NCBI GenBank assembly: GCA_036918135.1
Contig: JBALDB010000005.1
Location: 128,001-192,000, forward strand
Direction: 5' to 3'
DNA from: Nostoc sp.
GTDB taxonomy: Bacteria; Cyanobacteriota; Cyanobacteriia; Cyanobacteriales; Nostocaceae
Length of the DNA stretch: 64,000 nucleotides
Shown here: piece by piece, positions 6,800 to 14,895 of the stretch
How positions within the stretch are numbered: the stretch's first letter is position 1
Layout of the letters: each line of letters starts with the position of its first letter
The notes under the pieces: model-generated
Told to the model about the DNA's origin: nothing
The model's input: the letters and a program-made list of their open reading frames with translations, nothing else
Databases searched by the model: none
Program-made: the position numbers and the translations under genes

Positions 6800-9235
6800 C
6801 TAACGTGGCACTGACCACGATCGCACTTGGCCTAGCGTAACTGGCATAATATTGGCAACGTCAATGGTGAATCGATATATTTTTTTAGCGCGATGGCTGT
6901 TTTCTGAGTCGAAAAACCTCAGCTTCACATCCCAGCAATTACTATTAAGGCGACAGAAGGGACTTTTTTCAACTTCGATGCTCTCTAGTTCCATACCGCT
7001 CCCAATCGCTGACTCAAACGTAGAAGCGGCTTGAAAGGCGTTGGTGGCGGCAAAATTGAGGGCGCGATCGCGGTCTAGCTGTCCTAAGTTGCGGAGGTCG
7101 TAGTAAATGCGATGCAAGAAACTCTTGAGGGAACGCCGCATTCTCACGTCGTTACCAGATTCGCTAGTTTCACTGCTGGCGGTGGCAACAGCTACTTCCA
7201 CAAGAAAGTTGACTTGCCAACCGTACATCCCTCGAACGTTTGGCAATGTAAGCACAGGAACAACTTGACCCGAAAAGAGTTCGACTGTGCGATCGGTAAG
7301 AGTGCCGGGAATGCTAACTCGCTCGATATAATCATCGCTGGATTCAGGCTGAATCTGCCCAGCTAACATCATCGCAAAGACGGCATATATTTCACTGGCA
7401 TAAGCCTTTTGGGGTTCTAGCGCGTAAATGGGGGTGAGTTCCTGATTCAACGTCCAAATCAGAGATTTACCTTCAGTGGGGCTTAACTCCAAGTGATTAA
7501 CCATTTGGCGGGCATCGTAGGGATTAGCGGGAATTAATACCCCATCCATGCTGACCGCAGGCATCCGTTGTTTGAAGGTGTCGCGGCGGGCTTCGGTGCC
7601 AAAATTGTAGCCTAATGTACCAAGGGCATAGACTTTGTTGGAGACGGCACTAGGAGTAATAGTAGAGGGGGAAAGGGAAGCAGGGGAGGCAGGGGGAATG
7701 TCTGCAAGTGTGGCTGAGGCGCTAATCACTTGAGTGGGTGCAGAACTGTTAATCTCGCTTTTGGGAGTAATAATGGAGGGGGGAATGTCTGCAAGTGTGG
7801 CTGAGGCGGTAATCACTTGAGTGGGTGCAGAACTGTTAATCTCGCTCTTGGGTTGAGAAAATGTCACCGCAGATTCGGAACTATCTGGCAAAGAGTTGTT
7901 GATGGGTGGCAAAATGATTTGTGGATGGACAGCAGCGATCGCTTGAATGCTGGGTAAAGGTTGCCCAGTTAGTAACTGATAAGCCCCCGGAATATTCAAT
8001 TTCCCGGCTAAACAGCGTTCTGGTTCTTCAACTTCTTTCGGATCGCAGGGAATGGCGCTGTTGAGTAAAGCTGTCCACACGGCTTCAGCGCTGGGTTGTT
8101 CGCCGCGTTGCAATTGCAGACTCATTAACAACGCAGAGATACCTGTGATTAGAGGAGCAGATAAACTGGTGCCTTCCTGACGAGCGGGTTCATCAGTGCC
8201 GGGTTGCGCCGCCACGATGTTTTCGCCGGGTGCGAGGATGCCTTGTTGCTGGTACTGTCCACCCCAATTACTGTAGTTTGCAGGTTGCCCATCGTCTTTC
8301 ATCATGCCCACTGCTAAAACGTTGGGTAGAATAGCAGGGACACAAAAGCATTCGCCTTTGTTATTACCACTGGGAGCGACAATGAGAATATTATTGTCTT
8401 GGCACTGTTTTACTGCTTTCTGGATCATTTCGTGGGCAAATCCGGTTTCAGTAGGATGACAGGCAGCACAGTGGATAATATTTACGCCCAGTTTAAATGC
8501 CAGGTTAAATGCGTGAGCTAGGTTGAGCGGAGAGAGTGCTTCATCGGCAGTTGCGGTTTCAAATAAGGGGATATTGATGGCGGTGCAGTAGGGAGCCACT
8601 CCCTCAACGGGGGAACCGGGTTGCCCAAACATCGTGCCAAAAATGCCTGTGGCATGGAAGACACCAGTCAGACGCTCTCGCACTGATTCGGGAATTGTAT
8701 CTTCTAGCGCTTTAATCTCTGCCTCTAATGCTTCAATTGCGTCGGTATAGTTAGTATTTGAGGGAATTTCTGGTTTCAATATTTTTTGCGTTTTGGAGGC
8801 ACTTAACTGGCGAAATTGTTCCAGTAGTGGTGTATCTGTGCTTTCTAACAATGCATTGAAGACAGTAGCTTTGCTGTACCATTGCCCATTATGCAACGCC
8901 GTAACCTGAGTCATGGGTTGAGCGATCGACTCAACGCTGTCATCGGATGATATTGCTGGATCTGTATTTTGACTTGACTGCTCTTTCCTAGCTTTTTTGA
9001 GGGCTTTCTTCTTATCCTGCAACACCTTAATTTTGAGTTCCTGTTGTATGTAGATTGGATCGATCGCCTCTAAGTCACTTTGCCAATAGGGCTTAATGCG
9101 ACTTATATTAGCACCGCGAAAGCAAGCCCGCTCCAGATCCGCAGGGCCATCAAGGACGGCAATTTTGATCCGAGAATCACCGAGGGTAAGAGCTTGTAAG
9201 GCAGCAAAACCAGGAATGGTATTAAGGTCAGGCAT
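6800..9235 (-). CDS. patG: Cyanobactin maturation protease/macrocyclase, PatG family (S8 protease + C-terminal DUF), no fused oxidase
   Basis: Subtilisin triad VLDG / FHATG / GTSLS, PatG-type PYW...insertion and NIIHCAAC, C-terminal DUF (ALGTLGYNFGTEARRD...SPFCRLNSNCWDVKL). Confidence 0.93.
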   Translation of the reverse strand: MPDLNTIPGFAALQALTLGDSRIKIAVLDGPADLERACFRGANISRIKPYWQSDLEAIDPIYIQQELKIKVLQDKKKALKKARKEQSSQNTDPAISSDDSVESIAQPMTQVTALHNGQWYSKATVFNALLESTDTPLLEQFRQLSASKTQKILKPEIPSNTNYTDAIEALEAEIKALEDTIPESVRERLTGVFHATGIFGTMFGQPGSPVEGVAPYCTAINIPLFETATADEALSPLNLAHAFNLAFKLGVNIIHCAACHPTETGFAHEMIQKAVKQCQDNNILIVAPSGNNKGECFCVPAILPNVLAVGMMKDDGQPANYSNWGGQYQQQGILAPGENIVAAQPGTDEPARQEGTSLSAPLITGISALLMSLQLQRGEQPSAEAVWTALLNSAIPCDPKEVEEPERCLAGKLNIPGAYQLLTGQPLPSIQAIAAVHPQIILPPINNSLPDSSESAVTFSQPKSEINSSAPTQVITASATLADIPPSIITPKSEINSSAPTQVISASATLADIPPASPASLSPSTITPSAVSNKVYALGTLGYNFGTEARRDTFKQRMPAVSMDGVLIPANPYDARQMVNHLELSPTEGKSLIWTLNQELTPIYALEPQKAYASEIYAVFAMMLAGQIQPESSDDYIERVSIPGTLTDRTVELFSGQVVPVLTLPNVRGMYGWQVNFLVEVAVATASSETSESGNDVRMRRSLKSFLHRIYYDLRNLGQLDRDRALNFAATNAFQAASTFESAIGSGMELESIEVEKSPFCRLNSNCWDVKLRFFDSENSHRAKKIYRFTIDVANIMPVTLGQVRSWSVPR
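7692..7852. repeat. 87-bp in-frame tandem duplication in the PatG linker
   Basis: PKSEINSSAPTQVI(T/S)ASATLADIPP occurs twice; nucleotide copies at 7692-7765 and 7779-7852. Confidence 0.9.
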
Positions 9236-9288
9236 AGAAGTAATCGATTAAATGAAATATTATAAAATGGCTTAATCGGTAGAAACTT

Positions 9289-10698
9289 CTAAGAGGGATT
9301 GTCGTTTGTTTGCTTGAGCGAACCGAGACTAAACTCTCCCACAGAAGCCTCTTCGTACTCGTTGAGGTTGGCGATGAGACCGAACTGTTCGGAATTCCCC
9401 GCACCGATCGCACTGGGAGCTAACTTCATTGCAGTCGCAACCAGATAGAAGGTTTGATACAGCACCCCGATATGTTTCAAAATCAAACCATAACCAATGG
9501 CATGATACTTCCAGAACAATCGCCCAAATCGCGCTGTGACAATGAAAAGTACTTGGGGGATATCCTGTTGTCCAGTTGCTTTCCAAGCATCGTAAATCAA
9601 AACTTCAACCTCGTGATAGTCTGCAATCAGGTGCAACGTGTGAGACAACGGTTGATAGTGGTATAATCCGGAATTTAATCCCTGACAGCGATTGATGAGT
9701 GGATAAATCTCCAGTTCATATAACCCACCCCCGCAAGGATAGGGACGTTTAGTGAATTCTCCCATGTTCAGAGGATCGTCCTCAAGGTTGTAAACCTCTT
9801 TCACCCTGGCACAACGATAGAGAAACTCTGCCAATTGGTTAAGGGTTATCGGTAGGTCATCATATTCTCGAATCGATTGCCTTGCCTCGATCGCCTGCGT
9901 TAACGAACAATCTGTCTGGGCTAAAATTGCCAGATCCGGTTTCTCTAACGGAATCACTCGATCGCTCATCGGTGGTTTTACAACTCCCAATTGCTCGCGC
10001 TCCTCAAAGCGGGGAAGTTTCAATTTCCGCAGATCGTCTAATCGCTCTGAACGAGTTTGGCGATGAAACAGCAGATTATGAAATTCCCATTGAGCTAATG
10101 CTTTAGTTTCTGGTTCTAGCGGGATCATCTGGGTTGCAATCAGCAACTCCACGAACGATTGCCCTATCTCTGCATCAATCAGCGTTTCCACCAAATTTTC
10201 TAATCTAAATGGCGAATCGAATTGAGCCAGTTTCGCAATCAAGGCGCTAGCCCGCCAATCTAGCAGAACAATTTTTGCTTTGGATAAGGGAGATTCTAAA
10301 ACAAAGTTTTGGTTCTCTTGGTGCAGGAAGGCAAAGCGAGACAGAGTTACAGGCTGCTGTTGCCAATCAAAAACAGGAGAAATTAATTGATAATTTTCAG
10401 CGATCGGCACGGCGGTTGCCAAGGGTAAAACAGAATGACTTATCCAGCCGAGGTAAATCAGCTTTTGCAGATCGGTCTCAAAGTTTAAGCCGGCTTCGAC
10501 TCCATCAGCTTCTACAACCAGCGCAGTTAACTGAGCGATCGTCAGGGTGGAATGCAACAGCTGTTCTAGTGCGGTTCGCAAACCAGGCTTGGGATGCTCC
10601 AAAGTGAGACTTTCGGACGTGGATTGTAGCGTTAGCCGATCGCCTTCTAGGGTCAGGGAGATGTCGGGCCGGAAAGACAGGGTGAAGGATTCAGACAT
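9289..10698 (-). CDS. Stand-alone FMN-dependent azoline oxidase (SagB/ThcOx family)
   Basis: RQSIREY, RPYPCGGGLYELEIYP and ARFGRLFWKY motifs, N-terminal peptide-clamp-like region, directly downstream of D. Confidence 0.9.
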   Translation of the reverse strand: MSESFTLSFRPDISLTLEGDRLTLQSTSESLTLEHPKPGLRTALEQLLHSTLTIAQLTALVVEADGVEAGLNFETDLQKLIYLGWISHSVLPLATAVPIAENYQLISPVFDWQQQPVTLSRFAFLHQENQNFVLESPLSKAKIVLLDWRASALIAKLAQFDSPFRLENLVETLIDAEIGQSFVELLIATQMIPLEPETKALAQWEFHNLLFHRQTRSERLDDLRKLKLPRFEEREQLGVVKPPMSDRVIPLEKPDLAILAQTDCSLTQAIEARQSIREYDDLPITLNQLAEFLYRCARVKEVYNLEDDPLNMGEFTKRPYPCGGGLYELEIYPLINRCQGLNSGLYHYQPLSHTLHLIADYHEVEVLIYDAWKATGQQDIPQVLFIVTARFGRLFWKYHAIGYGLILKHIGVLYQTFYLVATAMKLAPSAIGAGNSEQFGLIANLNEYEEASVGEFSLGSLKQTNDNPS

Positions 10699-10699
10699 G

Positions 10700-12973
10700 T
10701 CAAAACACCATTGGCATCGGGTTCATCTGGTCTTCGGTTAATGGAGCAGAGCGCCATCCCAGCTTTGTGGGTACATTGTACAATCGTCCCGCTCCAAATC
10801 GTGACCAGAAGTGACGTAAACCAGGTACAATCACTTTGACGACGGGTAAGCCAATATCGGGGCGGGTTTGGTTCAGCACCAGCATCTCCAACCCAGCACG
10901 TCTAGCGACTTCGACACAAGTTAAGACATCTTGCTGAATATCATTGCTCCACTGCTGCGGGTAATCGGCATATTGTTTGGGTAGTGTTTGTGTACAAGGA
11001 GCGAGATAAGGCTGATTAGCTAAAGTTGCCTGGGTAAACCAGTAGTTCAAGGCTGAGTCTGAGTCGCTGGAATAATCTAGCCGATCTACAGCAAAACTGA
11101 TTTGATTTACCTCGGTGACGGCTCGTGAAATCGCAATTTTGGGGTCGAAATGTGCCCCATATCCGGCAATAATTCGTTCTTCACCGCCACCTATGTTACG
11201 AGAGAGGGCGACAAAGGCGGGAATGTTTAAGTCAGTCGTTAAATCTAGTACCCAAAGTTCTCGTTGCTGGCTACGGTACCAATTTTGCAACTCTAATAGA
11301 TACGAATCGTTGAAGCTGGCTAGGTCTACAGCTGGGCGCAACAGACGATTATACCACCAGATGGCGACGCTATCGCGCTCCACCAGTTCTAAAAATCCTT
11401 GGAGAATGGCATCTTCTAGCGTTCCTCCGGCGGCGCTGCCGTTGGAATCGGCACAACAAAAGCGATGGGTTTTGGGCAATCGGTAATTGTAGTAGCAAAA
11501 GGCGGTGGAGAGGTATTTATGCGTTTGCTCGGTCATTGACCAAACAGGAGTCCAGTCAACAGCTTGAGTCTCATCAAAAAGTTGCGGAATCCAATCATGC
11601 TCCACGATCGCCTTTTGATTCAACTCCTCCCTGTTTTGATATTGAGTATCACTATACAGCAAACACTCAGCCGGATGAATGGCGTTGCCCAACTCAGCAA
11701 ACTGAGAATTGATTCGAGGTTCATCCCCTTGGTAGATGCCAGAATAGCGTTCTATTGCTTCACAAAAACCGCTTGCTTGGGATTGGCGATCGCTTTTGCC
11801 CTTACCGCCACTTTTGTGCCTGAGCGACTTTCGCAAACGGTTGAGGTTTGAGGAGGAACCTAAGGCATGGGTAGCGCTGTAGGTGTGGATCAAGGGGTTA
11901 TTGGGGTCGGACACGCGCACGAGGGCGCTGACAACTCCGCTAATTGGACTGATTAAATGCTCATAGCGTTGCAGAATTTGTTCTGGGGTAAAGGCGCGAT
12001 GGCCGCCATCTTGGGTAAATAGCTTTTTGCGGCTGGTAAGCGCGATCGCACTATTAACCTGTTGACTAACTAAATCGGGATTGCCACAAGCAGGACATTG
12101 AGGGCGCTGAATCAGCGTGTGCGTTTTTAGAGTAAAGTTCGTCTGGTCGAGGGTAATCAGTTTCCCAGCTAACGTTTGAATGGTCGATTCTGGGATAACC
12201 TGCTTCACCAGCCATTTAGCAACTTCGGTGGTCGTCAGTGCGATCGCCGCTTGCATCGTCGAAGGCAATACAGCAAAAGCAGTTGGTAAACACCCCATCC
12301 CCTGCTCCTTTTGCCGTAAAACCGATGCTTCCACTTCCCGGTTACCGTTGAGTCGATGCGCGAGACATTCCCAACAGCCTGTTTCTCCCGGAGTAAAGAT
12401 AGAACCGAACCACAGTATGCCGCCAATTGGCTTGACAAGTAGCCAGGGTTGGTGAGTTTGCAAGGCTGTTTTATTGATCTGGCTCAGTTGTGGCTGTTGA
12501 TAGTCATCCGTAAGCACAACCAACAGCGAACTACCTCCCTGTGCCTCCCCTGCTCCCCCTAGCTGCACAGGAATACCGATCGCCTGCAACGCCTCAATTA
12601 AAGGTTGGGCATCAACGCCACCGACCGTTGTGACAAAAACTTGGGTGTGGGGTAGGCGATCGCTCACTACTTGCGGCTCTACACCTAGCAAGCTCCAAAA
12701 AGCGGCGGCTTGAGGAGTGAGGCTGTGAGCGGCATCAGTGAGGTAGCCTTTGGCGTTGAGGCGATCGAGTACATAATCAAAGTATTCAGGGGGAACTTGC
12801 CCATCGAGTTTTTGAATAATTTCTTCTCGCGTGTACTGACCATTGAGCAGAGGAATAATCTGGCAATACAGGCGACCTGTCAGCGCGTAGGTGGCATATT
12901 CGCTCAATAAATAGACGTTTTCTGGTTCAATAATTTCGACGCGGAAGTGAGGTTTAATCTGGGGAATCTTCAT
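10700..12973 (-). CDS. patD: Cyanobactin cyclodehydratase/heterocyclase (PatD/TruD; RRE-E1-YcaO fusion)
   Basis: PGETGCWECLAHRL, RPQCPACG, SGFCEAIERYS, DSNGSAAG, ELVERD, and a Pro-rich C-terminus NPMPMVF. Confidence 0.95.
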   Translation of the reverse strand: MKIPQIKPHFRVEIIEPENVYLLSEYATYALTGRLYCQIIPLLNGQYTREEIIQKLDGQVPPEYFDYVLDRLNAKGYLTDAAHSLTPQAAAFWSLLGVEPQVVSDRLPHTQVFVTTVGGVDAQPLIEALQAIGIPVQLGGAGEAQGGSSLLVVLTDDYQQPQLSQINKTALQTHQPWLLVKPIGGILWFGSIFTPGETGCWECLAHRLNGNREVEASVLRQKEQGMGCLPTAFAVLPSTMQAAIALTTTEVAKWLVKQVIPESTIQTLAGKLITLDQTNFTLKTHTLIQRPQCPACGNPDLVSQQVNSAIALTSRKKLFTQDGGHRAFTPEQILQRYEHLISPISGVVSALVRVSDPNNPLIHTYSATHALGSSSNLNRLRKSLRHKSGGKGKSDRQSQASGFCEAIERYSGIYQGDEPRINSQFAELGNAIHPAECLLYSDTQYQNREELNQKAIVEHDWIPQLFDETQAVDWTPVWSMTEQTHKYLSTAFCYYNYRLPKTHRFCCADSNGSAAGGTLEDAILQGFLELVERDSVAIWWYNRLLRPAVDLASFNDSYLLELQNWYRSQQRELWVLDLTTDLNIPAFVALSRNIGGGEERIIAGYGAHFDPKIAISRAVTEVNQISFAVDRLDYSSDSDSALNYWFTQATLANQPYLAPCTQTLPKQYADYPQQWSNDIQQDVLTCVEVARRAGLEMLVLNQTRPDIGLPVVKVIVPGLRHFWSRFGAGRLYNVPTKLGWRSAPLTEDQMNPMPMVF

Positions 12974-13016
12974 ATATGGTTTAGGATCGGCTTAGGCGGT
13001 CATGGGAGTTTGAGTT

Positions 13017-13646
13017 ATGTTTGCTCTGGTGTCACCTGATAAAATTCAGTTACCAGCAGGAGCCGTAGTGCGGTTGCCTGCGACCTGGCAGGAGTATCAG
13101 GCGTTGTGTCAGCAGCGAGGTGATGGTGCAATTCCTCGTCTCAAGTATCGCTTTGGAGAGATTCTGTTAATGTCACCAATGCCAAAACACGGACGGGATG
13201 CTCATTTGATCGCTAATGTGATTACAACATTACTCGACCATACCGAACGTGAGTACGATGCCTTTACACCAGTGACAATGGAACTGCCCGATGAAAGTGG
13301 CATTGAACCAGACTATTGTTTTTATATTGATCATTGGCGAGCGGTTTCTGGTAAAGAGCGCATTGACTGGAAGACCGATCCGCCACCCGATCTGGTACTG
13401 GAAATTGATGTAACGAGTTATTCAGATGTGAATGATTACCTGCCGTATCAAGTGCCAGAGGTTTGGCTATTTCGCAAAAACCAGTTGTTAGTTTACCAGT
13501 TACAGGGCACAGAATATTTGCTGCAAACACAAAGCCAGTATTTTCCAAACATCAACCTCCAAACTATAGTTACCCGCTGTCTTCAAGTTGCCTATGAGCG
13601 TAATACCAGTGCGGCGATTCGAGAACTTAAACAACAATTAAAGTAA
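13017..13646 (+). CDS. Uma2 family (DUF820) PD-(D/E)XK-like endonuclease
   Basis: GIEPDYCFYI and PPPDLVLEIDVTS...YQVPEVWL motifs. Confidence 0.88.
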   Translation: MFALVSPDKIQLPAGAVVRLPATWQEYQALCQQRGDGAIPRLKYRFGEILLMSPMPKHGRDAHLIANVITTLLDHTEREYDAFTPVTMELPDESGIEPDYCFYIDHWRAVSGKERIDWKTDPPPDLVLEIDVTSYSDVNDYLPYQVPEVWLFRKNQLLVYQLQGTEYLLQTQSQYFPNINLQTIVTRCLQVAYERNTSAAIRELKQQLK

Positions 13647-13682
13647 GACAGTTAGTAGTCTGTTCAAGTTTTGCTTATCCAT
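13638..13682 (-). pseudogene. Truncated third cyanobactin precursor remnant (MDKQNL...)
   Basis: ATG GAT AAG CAA AAC TTG gives the same first 6 aa as precursor E2. It is preceded by a homolog of the precursor 5' leader (13683-13756) and cut off by the Uma2 gene end. Confidence 0.75.
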
Positions 13683-13755
13683 GAGAGTTGTCTCCATTGT
13701 GTAGTTGGTTGATGTCCCATTGTCGAGCGTTGCTGTGTCGGTGGGTCTGACCGCT

Positions 13756-13830
13756 TCACCGAGGTAAATAGACGTTTTTGCGTTCAACGAACTCAACCCG
13801 AAAATGAGGTTTAATCTGAGGAATCTTCAT
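13756..13830 (-). pseudogene. Duplicated 5' fragment of the cyclodehydratase (D) gene
   Basis: MKIPQIKPHFRVEFVERKNVYL versus MKIPQIKPHFRVEIIEPENVYL at 12973 (18/22 identical), then a stop. Confidence 0.85.
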
Positions 13831-13860
13831 ATTTTTAGAAGCATATACCTTGTTCATAAA

Positions 13861-14724
13861 TTAGATTATGTAGTACAAATTTATCTTTTGGATTGTTTCA
13901 GCTTGCAATTCACTTTCTAATAAGGCAACTGCCATTTCTTTTACAGGTTGCTGTTGGTAGTAGGCGTGAACTCTCCGGGCAATATCGTTTACAGGAAAAT
14001 AACTCAAGAAGTCATTAATATTTTCTAAATAGTAATAAATTTTTCTTTCTAAATTGGCCTGAGAAAGTCCTACACTTATTCTCTTACAAATGGGTAAACG
14101 TTGCAGAACTGCTGGCGACAGAACTTGTCTTAATCGCTGCTGTATATCAGCTTGTTGCCACTCTTGTTTTTTAATATATGGATAAAGCTCAATATTGCTT
14201 TTACCATTAAATCTACAATCAAATCCGATATGTAAGAAGTTATTGAAAAGTAGCATTTGTATATCTGCTTCTAAATTTTTTCCATTTAGGGCAATTGCTA
14301 ATTCTTCTTTCTCTGGATAATTTTCGATAGTTAGAGCAAGGTCAACTGAAGAATCAGTTAATTCTCTACGAAGATCCACACCGACCAGAAATTCCTTAAG
14401 TTTACTAAAGTCAAAGTCGCCACTGAAGAATTTGTCAATCAAAGAGTCATCAAGTTTGACACCAATTCTTGTATTGATTTGATTGAAGAAATCAATTACA
14501 ATTTTTAGCTGTTTTGTAGTTTTGAGATTAAACTCTAAAAAAAATCTAGCTGGATAAATTCGGTCTTTTTCAACTTTGCAAGAAGCTTCCAGCGAACAAT
14601 CATCTGTAATATTTTCTATTGTTTCTACAAATGATTTGAAGATATCAAGAGCATAAATATTTTCAATCTCAAATGCTTGCTCATGGGCAGCAATGAAAGG
14701 TGATTTTTTAGCTAATATTTTCAT
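13861..14724 (-). CDS. Cyanobactin F-family (LynF/TruF/PatF) ABBA prenyltransferase-like protein
   Basis: FIAAHEQAFEIE, LEASCK...YPARF, GVDLR, NIELYP and C-terminal INLYY motifs; position within the cluster. Confidence 0.88.
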   Translation of the reverse strand: MKILAKKSPFIAAHEQAFEIENIYALDIFKSFVETIENITDDCSLEASCKVEKDRIYPARFFLEFNLKTTKQLKIVIDFFNQINTRIGVKLDDSLIDKFFSGDFDFSKLKEFLVGVDLRRELTDSSVDLALTIENYPEKEELAIALNGKNLEADIQMLLFNNFLHIGFDCRFNGKSNIELYPYIKKQEWQQADIQQRLRQVLSPAVLQRLPICKRISVGLSQANLERKIYYYLENINDFLSYFPVNDIARRVHAYYQQQPVKEMAVALLESELQAETIQKINLYYII

Positions 14725-14895
14725 TTTCTCCGATCGTTTATTTCCAGCTTGGAATCAGAAGCGGGCACTCAACGCGCAATAGTCTAGAAGACTGCTGGGT
14801 ATAAGGGTGTAGAGAGATTTCAGGGCATTATCAGAGAAAGCTATAAGCGCGATCGCCCTTGGTATGGGTGTATCGAGAGGGGCGATCGCTTAATC

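Noticed and set aside
6852..7034. Paired antisense ORFs at 6852-7034 and 20839-21075 with similar sequence
   Set aside because: They are shadows of the homologous PatA/PatG C-terminal DUF on the opposite strand.
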